A stretch of DNA of 64,000 bases from Methanobacteriota archaeon (GTDB lineage: Archaea; JAADCQ01; Methanopyri; Methanopyrales; Methanopyraceae): the NCBI GenBank assembly GCA_027064425.1, contig JAMOPO010000057.1, forward strand, positions 64,001 to 128,000. Direction: 5' to 3'. Numbering within the stretch: position 1 is the stretch's first letter; the number at the start of each line of letters is the position of its first letter. The position numbers and the translations under genes were made by a program. Positions 18,177 to 27,273 of the stretch are shown here, piece by piece. Below the pieces are notes generated by a model that was given only the letters and a program-made list of their open reading frames with translations, did not search any database and had not been told where the DNA came from.

Positions 18177-18933
18177 GCCAGGGCGTCCCCCTTAGCCTTC
18201 CCGCGTACACGACCTCCGCGGGCCCCTCTAGGAACGGTCCGTCGAGCAGGACTCGCAACCTGCCGCCGGCGGTGCTGACCTCCACGGCGTGCTCCGCGCC
18301 GAAGACCTCGGCGTAGACGATCGAGGCCGCGACCACGCCGGAGCCGCACGCGGGGGTCCAGCCGACGCCGCGCTCGTAGGTGCGCACCCGCAGGGCGTCC
18401 CCGGCCGGGGCGGCGAAGGTCACGTTCACGCCGCCGCGCTCCGCGTACTCGCGCTGGATCTTGCGGGCCTCGGAGGTGAGCCCGCGGGCCCCGCGGACGG
18501 GGTCGCGCTCGGTCAGGCGGACGAGGTGAGGGACGCCGGCGTCGACCTCGAACCCCAGCTCCGTCACCTCCTCCACCCGGGCTCCGGGAACCTCCACCCG
18601 GACCTCGTCCCCTCGGACCTCCACGGAGTGCCGACCGGCCAACGTTCTCAGGACCTTAACGTTCTCGCCGCGCACGTCCACCGCGTACCGGACCGCGCAG
18701 CGGGCCGCGTTCCCGCAGAACTCGGCCTCGGAGCCGTCCCGGTTGAAGATGCGCATCTCCACCTCGGGCGGGTCAACCCGGACGAAAACCACGCCGTCGG
18801 CGCCCACGCCCGCCCGCCGGTCGCAGGCCCACCGGGCGAAGTCGGCCTTCTCGCCCTCCGGCACCTTCACCCCCTCCGTCTCGTCCACGAGGATGAAGTC
18901 GTTGCGGGCCCCGTGCACCTTCCAGAACCGCGA
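18151..18933 (-). CDS. dapF: Diaminopimelate epimerase (start uncertain)
   Basis: FWKVHGARNDF, NRDGSEAEFCGN, GVPH, TYERGVG.TPACGSG; conserved N-strand lies upstream of first GTG (18918). Confidence 0.9.
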   Translation of the reverse strand, partial: SRFWKVHGARNDFILVDETEGVKVPEGEKADFARWACDRRAGVGADGVVFVRVDPPEVEMRIFNRDGSEAEFCGNAARCAVRYAVDVRGENVKVLRTLAGRHSVEVRGDEVRVEVPGARVEEVTELGFEVDAGVPHLVRLTERDPVRGARGLTSEARKIQREYAERGGVNVTFAAPAGDALRVRTYERGVGWTPACGSGVVAASIVYAEVFGAEHAVEVSTAGGRLRVLLDGPFLEGPAEVVYAGRLRGTPWRENSDHQR

Positions 18934-18948
18934 GGAGACCTCCCCCCG

Positions 18949-19686
18949 CTAGAGCCGGCGGAGCGCGTCCACGATCTGCGTCTTCGCCTCCGTCTTCTCG
19001 TCCACGTCCTTGACCACCTTCGCCGGCACGCCCGCCACCACCTTACCGGGCGGCACGTCCTCGGTCACCACGGCCCCGGCCGCCACGACCGCCCCCTCGC
19101 CCACGGTCACGCCCTCCAGGATGACCGCGTTCGCGCCCACCACGACGTTGTCCTCGATCACGACGGGCTTGGCGCTCGGCGGCTCCAGGACGCCCGCGAT
19201 GACCGCGCCCGCCCCGATGTGCACGTTCTTTCCAATCTCCGCGCGGGACCCGATGACCGCGTTCATGTCGATCATCGTGTTGTCACCGATCTTCGCGCCG
19301 ATGTTGATCACCGCCCCCATCATCACGACGACGCCCTTGCCCAGCTCCACCTTCTCCCGGATGATCGCCCCCGGCTCGATTCGCGCGTCCTTGAACCTGG
19401 AGTAGTCCGCGAGTGGGACCGCCCGGTTCCGGTGGTCCAGCTCCTTATGGTAGTACTCCACCGAGTCGTCGTCCTCGATCACCTCGAGGATCTCGTCGTG
19501 CTCACCGACCGCGACCACGTGGTCCAGGCCCGTGAACACCTTCACGTCCTTCACGCGCTCCTCGAGGCGCTCCGCGAGCCCCTCGGGGTCGTCCGTCTTG
19601 ATGTAGAACCGGGCGATGGTCCGCTTGGGGCTCTCGGAGATGTACCGGATGAGCTCCTCAGGGTCCATGTCCGCCACGCGCCTCAC
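18949..19686 (-). CDS. dapH: Tetrahydrodipicolinate N-acetyltransferase
   Basis: RNRAVPL, ARIEPGAIIRE, hexapeptide repeats, AGVLEPPSAKPV. Confidence 0.9.
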   Translation of the reverse strand: MRRVADMDPEELIRYISESPKRTIARFYIKTDDPEGLAERLEERVKDVKVFTGLDHVVAVGEHDEILEVIEDDDSVEYYHKELDHRNRAVPLADYSRFKDARIEPGAIIREKVELGKGVVVMMGAVINIGAKIGDNTMIDMNAVIGSRAEIGKNVHIGAGAVIAGVLEPPSAKPVVIEDNVVVGANAVILEGVTVGEGAVVAAGAVVTEDVPPGKVVAGVPAKVVKDVDEKTEAKTQIVDALRRL

Positions 19687-20273
19687 CCCACCAGCTCCAG
19701 AAAGTTTCTGGCGATGACGTCCCCGCCTTCCGTCATGAAGCTTTCAGGATGGAACTGCAGGCCGTACACGTCGTGATCGGTGTGCCGGATAGCCATCAGC
19801 TCCCCGTCGTCCTTGGCCCACGCGCAGGCCTTGAGCTCGTCCGGTAGGCTGGACTCCTCGACGACCAGCGAGTGGTACCGCATGGCCTCGAACGGGTTCT
19901 CCAGGCCGGAGAGGACGCCCTCACCCGTGTGCTCGATCGGCGAGGTCTTCCCGTGCATGATGCGCTCGGCGCGCCGGATCCGGGCCCCGTACGCGACCCC
20001 GATGCACTGGTGGCCCAGGCAGACCCCGAGGATCGGGATCTCGCCGGCGAAGCGGCGGATCGCCGGGATCGACACGCCGGCGTCGCGCTCCGGGTGCCCC
20101 GGACCGGGGCTGATGATGAGCCCGTCCGGGTCCAGCCGCTCGATCCGGGAGAGCGGGACCCGGTTGGAAACTACCTTCAGCTCCACGCCCTCGAAGGTGG
20201 AGAACAGGTGGTAGAGGTTGTACGCGAAGCTGTCCCTGTTGTTAATCAGCACCAGTCGCCTCAAGGATGGCAC
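19683..20273 (-). CDS. trpG: Anthranilate/ADC synthase component II (GATase)
   Basis: DSFAYNL, ISPGPGHP, GVCLGHQ, RYHSL, QFHPES. Confidence 0.92.
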   Translation of the reverse strand: MPSLRRLVLINNRDSFAYNLYHLFSTFEGVELKVVSNRVPLSRIERLDPDGLIISPGPGHPERDAGVSIPAIRRFAGEIPILGVCLGHQCIGVAYGARIRRAERIMHGKTSPIEHTGEGVLSGLENPFEAMRYHSLVVEESSLPDELKACAWAKDDGELMAIRHTDHDVYGLQFHPESFMTEGGDVIARNFLELVG

Positions 20274-21642
20274 CCACCATCGCCTTCATCTTGTTCTCCG
20301 TCTCCTCCCACTCCCGCTCGGGGACCGAGTCGTACACGATCCCCGCCCCGGCCTGCGTGAACCAGCGCCGACCCGTGGAGAAGATCGTGCGGATCGAGAT
20401 GGCGAAGTCCATGTCGCCCGTCCAGCTGACGTACCCGACGCCGCCCGCGTACGGGCCCCGCTTGTACACCTCGAGCTCGTCGATGATCTCCATCGCTCTC
20501 ACCTTCGGCGCGCCCGAGACCGTGCCCGCCGGGAAGGTGGCCCGGAGCACGTCCCACGGGGTGACCCCGGGGCGCCGCTCCCCCTCCACCTCGGACACGA
20601 TGTGCTGCACGTGGCTGTACTTCTCCACCTCCATGAGCCGGGTCACGCGGACCGAGCCCGGGCGCGAGACCTTGCCCACGTCGTTCCGGGCCAGGTCCAC
20701 GAGCATGGCATGCTCGGCCCGCTCCTTCTCGTCCTCGAGCATCTCCCGGGCCAGCTCCTCGTCCTCCTCCGGCGTCTCGCCCCGGGGCCGGGTCCCCGCG
20801 ATGGGCTTCGTGACGATCCGGTCACCCTCCAGCTTGACCAGCGTCTCGGGGCTGGACCCGACGATACGGTGCTCGCCGAACTCCAGGCAGTACATGTAAG
20901 GGGACGGGTTGATCTCTCGCAGCCGGCGGTACACCTCGAGCGGGTCGGCCGCGGCCCGTACCTCCACGCGCCGGGAGAGCACGACCTGGAAGATGTCGCC
21001 CGAGATGATGTAGTCCCGGGCGCGCTCGACCATCTCCTCGAACTCCTCCTTCCCCACGTCCCGGCGCACGGAGCCGGCCCGATACACCTTCGGCACCGTC
21101 GCCTCCGGCAGGTCCTCGGCGCACTCCTCGATCACCTCGGCCTTCCACTCGACCTCGTACTCGTCCGGGTGCACGGAGACCAGCTCCACGCGGTCCTCAA
21201 GGTGGTCGTACCGGATCACCGAGTCGTACAGGCACAGCTCGAACTCGGGCCACTTCGGGTCCGGCGTCGTCGTCGGCCGTACGTCCAGCCAGTCCTCGAC
21301 CACGTCGTACGAGATGTAGCCCACCAGCCCGCCGACGAACCCGGAGCCCTCCACCTCCGGCAGCTCGGAGAACAGCCGGCGCATCAGCTGAAAGTAGTCC
21401 TCGTCCCCCCGCTTCTCCGCCCGGTCGACCAGGTCGTACTCCGGGTCCCAGACGTCCACGCTCACCTTTCCGTCCGAGCACTCCACCTTCAGCGCCGGGG
21501 CGAAGCCGACGAAGGAGTACCGACCGCTCGCGCCGATCTCGGCCGACTCGAAGAGGAACGTGTGCGAGGACAGCTGCCTCAGGGCGGCGTACAGCTCGTC
21601 GGGCGTGGCGTCCACGTCCAGCTCCTTCACCGTAAGGCGCAT
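20242..21642 (-). CDS. trpE: Anthranilate synthase component I
   Basis: LFESA, GDIFQVVLS, NPSPYM, PIAGTRPRG, EHAMLVDLARND, FPAGTVSGAPK; ATG 21642. Confidence 0.92.
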   Translation of the reverse strand: MRLTVKELDVDATPDELYAALRQLSSHTFLFESAEIGASGRYSFVGFAPALKVECSDGKVSVDVWDPEYDLVDRAEKRGDEDYFQLMRRLFSELPEVEGSGFVGGLVGYISYDVVEDWLDVRPTTTPDPKWPEFELCLYDSVIRYDHLEDRVELVSVHPDEYEVEWKAEVIEECAEDLPEATVPKVYRAGSVRRDVGKEEFEEMVERARDYIISGDIFQVVLSRRVEVRAAADPLEVYRRLREINPSPYMYCLEFGEHRIVGSSPETLVKLEGDRIVTKPIAGTRPRGETPEEDEELAREMLEDEKERAEHAMLVDLARNDVGKVSRPGSVRVTRLMEVEKYSHVQHIVSEVEGERRPGVTPWDVLRATFPAGTVSGAPKVRAMEIIDELEVYKRGPYAGGVGYVSWTGDMDFAISIRTIFSTGRRWFTQAGAGIVYDSVPEREWEETENKMKAMVGAILEATGAD

Positions 21643-22385
21643 TGGACCGCGCTCCCCATCAGCTTCGGCGATACGTGCACCTCCAGGTACGCGGCCACGG
21701 CCAGCGCGAAGATGCAGTAGGAGGTGCCGCGCACGACCCAGCTCGGGGGCCTGAGGCTCGCGTCGGGCCACCGCCGATGCACCTGGTCGTGGTGGATGAG
21801 GTAATCCGCCACGTAAAGCCCAAGCGCCGTGGCCATGATCACCGTGGGGAACTCGATCAGCCCGTGCGGCAGCAGGAGCAGCTTAATCAGCCGGTACGCG
21901 CCGAACTTGTCCGCGACCGACGCGAAGAAGGAGCCCGCCGCCAGCCCGTTGATGAACGGGACCACGAGCGGGCCCAGCTTCAGGGTGAGTATCACGTCGG
22001 CCTCCCGGTACCCGCTCACCTCGTACCCCATCAGCCTGGCCGCGCGGATCAGGACGCGTGAGTATGGAGGATCCTCCATCGCCCGGCGCAAACGGTCGGG
22101 CGCCACCGTCAAAACCAGGCGGTCGAGCAGCAGCGCCGCGATGCCACCGAACACGCACAGCAGCACCACTACCGCGTTCCAGAGCAGGATCGCGACGGTG
22201 ATCCGCTCCCGAGGCAGCGGTAGCAAGGCTGCCAGCTTCTCCACCCGGTGCTTCACGGCGGCGACGATCAGCTGCGGCATTTTGGGGAAGAGCAGGTAGA
22301 GGGCCACTCCCAGGATCGAGGAGGCGCCGAACAGCTCCGCCGCGATCCTGACGTACACCCGGAACGGTTTTACGCCCGGCCCCAT
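21627..22385 (-). CDS. SpoIIM/DUF95-like membrane protein
   Basis: LLPHGLIEFP, AAYLEVHVSP, several TM helices. Confidence 0.75.
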   Translation of the reverse strand: MGPGVKPFRVYVRIAAELFGASSILGVALYLLFPKMPQLIVAAVKHRVEKLAALLPLPRERITVAILLWNAVVVLLCVFGGIAALLLDRLVLTVAPDRLRRAMEDPPYSRVLIRAARLMGYEVSGYREADVILTLKLGPLVVPFINGLAAGSFFASVADKFGAYRLIKLLLLPHGLIEFPTVIMATALGLYVADYLIHHDQVHRRWPDASLRPPSWVVRGTSYCIFALAVAAYLEVHVSPKLMGSAVQCALR

Positions 22386-22462
22386 AGGCGCCCGCCCTCA
22401 GCGGCGGGCCGGTGTGGTGGCGTCCGAGCGGTCGACCCGGGCCGCGACCGAGCTCGAAGGTA

Positions 22463-22518
22463 ATGAGGAATGCGGTGGCCCTCCTCCTCGAGGGATGACG
22501 AGTACGGCGGATTGCCGA
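22463..22518 (+). ncRNA. Candidate box C/D guide sRNA
   Basis: C ATGAGGA 22463, degenerate D' TCGA 22488, C' ATGACGA 22495, 13-nt guide, D CCGA 22515; intergenic. Confidence 0.55.
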
Positions 22519-22547
22519 GCCGCGGGGGGCGATGGGGACGGACCCAG

Positions 22548-24182
22548 TCACCTGACCTCCGCCTCCAAGGTCACGAACACCGGTCCCTTCACCTCGATCC
22601 TCTTCCCCTTGTCCGTGATGTACCGCAGCAGCCGGTCGGAGAGCTTGATGTTCACCTGCGACGGGCGCGAGACCTTCCGCGCGCGGACCGTCGTCTCGCC
22701 GCCCCCCGACGCCAGCAGCTCCTCCACCTCGTAGGCCAGCCGCGCCGCGAGACCCTCGTCGAAGGAGACGCCCGAGTCCACGCCTTCTTCCCGGATCTCC
22801 CGCCCGAACTCACCCTCCGGCGGGACCGCGTACACGCTCCCGTCCCGCACGTACACCCGGTTGAACGCCGCCGGTCCCGCCAGCGGCTCACCCTCCTCCC
22901 GCTCCACCGCCCGCACGACCACCTCCATCCCCTCGAACTCGCCCTCGAACAGCGTCACCTCCACCGGCCCCTCCTCGTCCGCGTGCTCCCGGAGCCCGCG
23001 CACGACCTCCCGCACCAGCCGCTCCCCGAACGACGTCGCCGGCTTAACCTCGTAGTCGATCATCCGCGCCAGCTCCAGGTCCGACGGCTCCCACGGCTCG
23101 TGCTCCACGTACGCCAGCGCCCGCACGTCCTCGATCCCGTACAGCACCATGCAGAGCCGCTCCACGCCGATTCCCAGGTTCAGCACCGGGTACTCGATCC
23201 CGTACTCCGCCAGCGCGACCGGCGAGTACAGCCCGAACGTGGCGATCTCCACCCAGCCCGGGCCCAGCTCCTCGTCCTCCACCGAGTCCTCCAGGTCCGG
23301 GTGGTACGCGTACACCTCCGTCTGCGTGCCCGGCACGTAGTACTTCGACATCTTCTCGTCCGGCACGAACTCGAAGTCCTCGAACCCGAACTGCCGCAGG
23401 ATCGCCTCCGCCACCGCCTTGCCCGTGTCCACCGTCACGTCGTCACCCACCACCACGCACGAGGCGGAGAAGTAGGAGTACAGGTGGCTCTCATCCTCTC
23501 GCTGCTCCCGCCGGAAGCACCGATCGATCGAGAACAGCTTCAGCGGCGGCTCCTCCCGCTTCAGGATCTCCGAGAGCGTGATGAACCAGCCCGCCGTCAT
23601 GTGCGACCGCAGCGTCAGCGGCGGGTCCAACGGCTCCGGCCGCAGCCTCCGGAACTCCGGGAACACCTCCTCCAGCACCCGCACCGCCGTCCCATCGTCC
23701 GTGTTCAGCGCCTCCGCGATCGCGTGCGTTAGCTCGTCACCGTCCAGCTTGCCCTTCTTGTACTCGTGCAGCGTCTCCCGCAGCCGCTCCACCTCCTCCT
23801 CCGACGGCTCTCGACCCAGCACCTCCGCCAGCTTCTCCACCTTGTCCTCACCCAGCCCCACGTCCGGGCGCGGGAGACCCGCCAGGTAGAAGCACCGGTC
23901 CAACACCGCCGCCGCCTCCGGCCCGAACTGCTTGTACACGTCCTCCTCCGGGATGATCACCGGGTTCACGACCTCCTTGAACCCCGCCCGCAGGTACGCC
24001 TCCCGCAGCCGCTGGATCGTTTCAAAGAGCGGGTGAGGCTCGCCCGCCTCCACCTTGAGCCGCGGGTAACGGTCCTCCAGCCCCGGCTCCCGAACCAGCT
24101 TCGCGCCCTCCTTCCACGCCCGATCGAAGTCCTCCCGAGCCAGCGACCGGAGCTCCTCCAGCCGCTCCTTGTCGAAAGGCAT
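22548..24182 (-). CDS. sepS: O-phosphoseryl-tRNA(Cys) synthetase
   Basis: KQFGPEAAAVLDRCFYLAGLPRP, TLRSHMTAGWF, LFSIDRCFRREQRED, NLGIGVER. Confidence 0.97.
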   Translation of the reverse strand: MPFDKERLEELRSLAREDFDRAWKEGAKLVREPGLEDRYPRLKVEAGEPHPLFETIQRLREAYLRAGFKEVVNPVIIPEEDVYKQFGPEAAAVLDRCFYLAGLPRPDVGLGEDKVEKLAEVLGREPSEEEVERLRETLHEYKKGKLDGDELTHAIAEALNTDDGTAVRVLEEVFPEFRRLRPEPLDPPLTLRSHMTAGWFITLSEILKREEPPLKLFSIDRCFRREQREDESHLYSYFSASCVVVGDDVTVDTGKAVAEAILRQFGFEDFEFVPDEKMSKYYVPGTQTEVYAYHPDLEDSVEDEELGPGWVEIATFGLYSPVALAEYGIEYPVLNLGIGVERLCMVLYGIEDVRALAYVEHEPWEPSDLELARMIDYEVKPATSFGERLVREVVRGLREHADEEGPVEVTLFEGEFEGMEVVVRAVEREEGEPLAGPAAFNRVYVRDGSVYAVPPEGEFGREIREEGVDSGVSFDEGLAARLAYEVEELLASGGGETTVRARKVSRPSQVNIKLSDRLLRYITDKGKRIEVKGPVFVTLEAEVR

Positions 24183-24238
24183 CCAGGCTCCCCCGGGGGA
24201 TGAGCCCCGACGGTGAACTTATGATAGCGTCCCCGACC

Positions 24239-24313
24239 GGGCCGCGCGGGATGAGGAGGTCCCCCAGAGCCGAGCCGGATGAGGAGTGGACTCGGGACCG
24301 ACCCACCCGGCCC
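24239..24313 (+). ncRNA. Box C/D guide sRNA
   Basis: ATGAGGA 24251, 12 nt, CCGA 24270, ATGAGGA 24279, 12 nt, CCGA 24298; terminal stem GGGCCG/CGGCCC; TATA-like CTTATGATA about 25 nt upstream. Confidence 0.85.
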
Positions 24314-24383
24314 CGCTTTCACCGACGACGAGTGCGGACACAACCGATCGCAGGCCCTCGCCGCTCCCTGGGGGACACCCATC

Positions 24384-25175
24384 ATGCGGTGGATGCGGTG
24401 GAGAGCCTGGCGGCCCCCGTTAGACCGCTTGATACCCTGGAGAGTTACCATCGCCCTGATTCTGCTCGTCTTCGTCCTTGTCTGCGCCGCCGGCGCCCTC
24501 GCGCTGGTGGCGGCCAAGGGAGTGACGCGCATGAGCGCGAGGACGTACGTCGAGAACTTTAGCGGCGACGCGCCGAACCGCCTGAGCGTCAGCGTCACCG
24601 TCACGGGAGACGGCGACACGCTCGCGAGCTGGAGCGTCGACGGCATGAAGAGCAAGTCGGTGTCTAGGAGCTGGTTCGGGATGGTGGGTAGCGTCACGGT
24701 GACCCTCGACGCCAACTACCGCGCCACTTGGCTGAGCGTGGGGGCGAGTAAGACCGTAGCGATACGCTTCGACCGTGACGAGAACGGTCGCGTGCGCGTA
24801 CGAGTGAGTGGCGATTCCTCCGCGGTGGCGACCAGCACCGAGGACGGCAGACCGATGCTCGCGTGGCTGGTGTGCGAGAGGGGCGAGGGCGGGCAGGCCT
24901 GCGTGCTGATCATGAGGGTCGAGCCGGTCGACGGTCACGGGTGGAAGGTGGAGCACGACGGGGACCGCCCCGTCGTATGCTGGGAAGCCGAGAAGGAGGC
25001 CCGTATCAGGCTCAAGGTGATCGGGGTGGGGACGGAGGGAACGGTCACGCGAGTCATCGACATCACGTGGTCTCACAGCCGGTGGCCCTGGCGCGAGTCC
25101 GGGAGCACCGCCGAAGAGCGGGCCAGCCTCATCGACCTAGTCGTTCCCTGGCCCTTTCTTGCCCTGCCGGAGTGA
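24384..25175 (+). CDS. Hypothetical membrane-anchored beta-rich surface protein
   Basis: N-terminal TM, beta-strand-rich body, C-terminal VVPWPFLALP; the track start ATG 24279 is the sRNA C' box. Confidence 0.6.
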   Translation: MRWMRWRAWRPPLDRLIPWRVTIALILLVFVLVCAAGALALVAAKGVTRMSARTYVENFSGDAPNRLSVSVTVTGDGDTLASWSVDGMKSKSVSRSWFGMVGSVTVTLDANYRATWLSVGASKTVAIRFDRDENGRVRVRVSGDSSAVATSTEDGRPMLAWLVCERGEGGQACVLIMRVEPVDGHGWKVEHDGDRPVVCWEAEKEARIRLKVIGVGTEGTVTRVIDITWSHSRWPWRESGSTAEERASLIDLVVPWPFLALPE

Positions 25176-25381
25176 GGTTTGGAGCCGCCACGAGCGACCG
25201 GGATCGGCCGGGCGTTGAGGGCTCATGGGCCATCAGGTCGGAGCCGGTGTGCAGCTCGTGCGGTCAGCGGGCGGCCCGTCAGAGCCGGTTAAGAGTACCG
25301 CCGGGACCCGGTAGGAGGCAAGGGTGGCGGGGTCGTCGAGCGCCTCAGCGCGCTGGTGGCGGCGCTGGCTGGCCGGCGCAG

Positions 25382-26005
25382 TCACTCCTTCTCCAGGGTC
25401 CTGCGGAGCTCCTCGGTCTTGCCGGCGATGGTGACCTCACTGCGGGTCTTCTCGAGCAGCGAGCGGGCGACGTCCTGCTTCCGCTTGAGGTTGGGCACGA
25501 CGGCGCGCGGGTAGTCGAAGGTCATGGTGAGGGAGTAGATTTCCTCCATGATGCTGAGGAACTCCTCGGCGCGGTCGAGCTCTCCCTCGCGGAGGGCGTC
25601 GACGACGATGCGTCGGAGCTCGCCCACGACGTCGAGGAGACCGAGGAGGTAGGCGCGCGGGCTCACGTTGATCTCGTCCGGGGTGGGCACGCGGCGCTCT
25701 TTGACGATGCGGTACAGGATCTCCGCCTCGGCGTACTCCTGAAGGTGGTTCTCGGCGAAGCCGGTGCGGAGGAGCTCTGGGAAGTCGCCGAGCAGGTCGT
25801 GGAGCTTGGAGACCAGCTCGGCCGCCTTGTCGAGCTTGTCGCGGGCGGCCTCGAGGTCGCCGCGGTGGATCTCGTACACGGCCTCGGAGCTGAGCTTGTG
25901 GAGGTCTCGGAGGATGACCTGAGCCTCGTCCCGGGCCTCGTCGAGGGCGTCGAGCTCTCCGCGGATCTCCTCGACCACGTCGCGGAGCCGGTCAACCTCG
26001 GCCAT
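25382..26005 (-). CDS. Translin family RNA-binding protein
   Basis: LQEYAEA, YLLGLLDVVGELRR, LKRKQDVAR. Confidence 0.88.
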   Translation of the reverse strand: MAEVDRLRDVVEEIRGELDALDEARDEAQVILRDLHKLSSEAVYEIHRGDLEAARDKLDKAAELVSKLHDLLGDFPELLRTGFAENHLQEYAEAEILYRIVKERRVPTPDEINVSPRAYLLGLLDVVGELRRIVVDALREGELDRAEEFLSIMEEIYSLTMTFDYPRAVVPNLKRKQDVARSLLEKTRSEVTIAGKTEELRRTLEKE

Positions 26006-26081
26006 GGGGGGCGGTTCCCCCCGTAACGGAGTTTAACCTCGGTACGTTGACCAGGCGTAGAGTCGCCCGGGGGCCCACGAG

Positions 26082-27158
26082 GTGGTCGACTGGCGGGAAA
26101 TACCGGTGAGGCCGACGCCGGTCGCGGTAAAGAAGCTGAAGGAGGCGTGTCCGACGGTTGAGTCGCTGCCGTTCGACCCGATCCCTAAGCGGCTGGAGGA
26201 CGGGGTGAACCCGAGCCCGGTGTGCGGGTTCAGCCGGGCGCACCCCATGTTCTTCGGGGACGGGCCGAAGGAGTCGCACTGGCGGGAGGGGCTGTGGTCG
26301 GAGCTGGAGGTGTTCCTGAGGGTTCGCCCGCGGAAGCTCCACTGGGATGAGGTGATCCTCGGGTTTCTCGACCTGGTGGGGGCCGTCTGCCGCCGGGCTA
26401 GTGAGTTCTTTCTGGAGCCCTCGATGGGGGAGGCGCTGCGCGTTTGCACGGCGCTCAGGATGCTCGGGAGGCTGTGCCAGGAGGGTGAGTCGAAGGGCGT
26501 CTCGAGCGGCACCCTGAGCGAGGCTCTCGAGGTCATCTCTGGGGTGCTGGAGGTCGAGCTGGACTTCCTAACCTCGAGCCAGTCCCTGCTGCTGTCGACC
26601 GGGCTGCTGGACGCGTTCAAGCGGTGTCTGCCGCTGCGTCCCTCGTGCTGGGTTGAGTTCGCCCTGCAGTGTCACGCCTGCGCGCACCGCGGCGTGAAGG
26701 CCGAGGACGTGCTCGAGGACGTGGAGGAGCTGGGGGTGGAGGATGCCGAGGAGTGCCGCGGCCGCGTTGAGCGCGCCGTCGACCTGGCGGTGAGGGGGCT
26801 CGAGGACCGGATCGGCGAGCTGGTGGGCCGGTACCGCCTGAGCGAGCTGATGAGCATGGACGTGGAGGAGTTCGCGGAGCGAGTCTCCGAGACCCTGGCC
26901 GACGCGCTGGCGCTGCACGCTAAGCCGGTGGTCGCGCTGGTGGAGGAGCCCGAGGGAATAGTGGAACGATGGTTGTCCGTGCCGGAGGATATTGAGGTCG
27001 ACGACGTTAAGGTGCCGCCCGGCGAGTACGATCCGATGTGGAGGGACGCGGAGCGCACCGAGCGGGCCTTCGCCAGGGTTGACGTGAAGGAGCTGGTGAA
27101 GCGGAGGTTCCGGAAGTTAATCGAGGAGATCCGGGAGGCGCTCGGGTCCGGCCGATGA
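26082..27158 (+). CDS. Hypothetical helical protein
   Basis: 358-aa ORF with genome-typical codons and Glu-rich composition; no recognised motif. Confidence 0.65.
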   Translation: MVDWREIPVRPTPVAVKKLKEACPTVESLPFDPIPKRLEDGVNPSPVCGFSRAHPMFFGDGPKESHWREGLWSELEVFLRVRPRKLHWDEVILGFLDLVGAVCRRASEFFLEPSMGEALRVCTALRMLGRLCQEGESKGVSSGTLSEALEVISGVLEVELDFLTSSQSLLLSTGLLDAFKRCLPLRPSCWVEFALQCHACAHRGVKAEDVLEDVEELGVEDAEECRGRVERAVDLAVRGLEDRIGELVGRYRLSELMSMDVEEFAERVSETLADALALHAKPVVALVEEPEGIVERWLSVPEDIEVDDVKVPPGEYDPMWRDAERTERAFARVDVKELVKRRFRKLIEEIREALGSGR

Positions 27159-27207
27159 GGAGCCCACCCCGGTGCCGACGGGAGATGGGGAGGGGCTAGG
27201 GTACCGA
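27154..27207 (+). ncRNA. Box C/D guide sRNA (C box overlaps upstream stop codon)
   Basis: ATGAGGA 27155, 13 nt, CCGA 27175, degenerate C' ATGGGGA 27185, 12 nt, CCGA 27204. Confidence 0.7.
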
Positions 27208-27213
27208 GGCGCC

Positions 27214-27269
27214 TCGGCCCCCGTCCAACTCGTCATCGGGCCCCTCAGACTCGGGGTAGGATCCTCATC
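27214..27269 (-). ncRNA. Box C/D guide sRNA
   Basis: Minus strand: ATGAGGA, TCCTACCCCGAGT, CTGA, ATGACGA, GTTGGACGGGGG, CCGA. Confidence 0.85.
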
Positions 27270-27273
27270 GGCC

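Noticed and set aside
24196-24216. GATGAGCCCCGA k-loop-like motif near the sepS start
   Set aside because: Too short, and lies in the RBS/promoter region of the opposite strand.
25205-25270. Possible minus-strand C/D sRNA (CTGA...ATGAGCC-12nt-CCGA)
   Set aside because: C' is degenerate and there is no credible upstream C box; at best a decayed copy.
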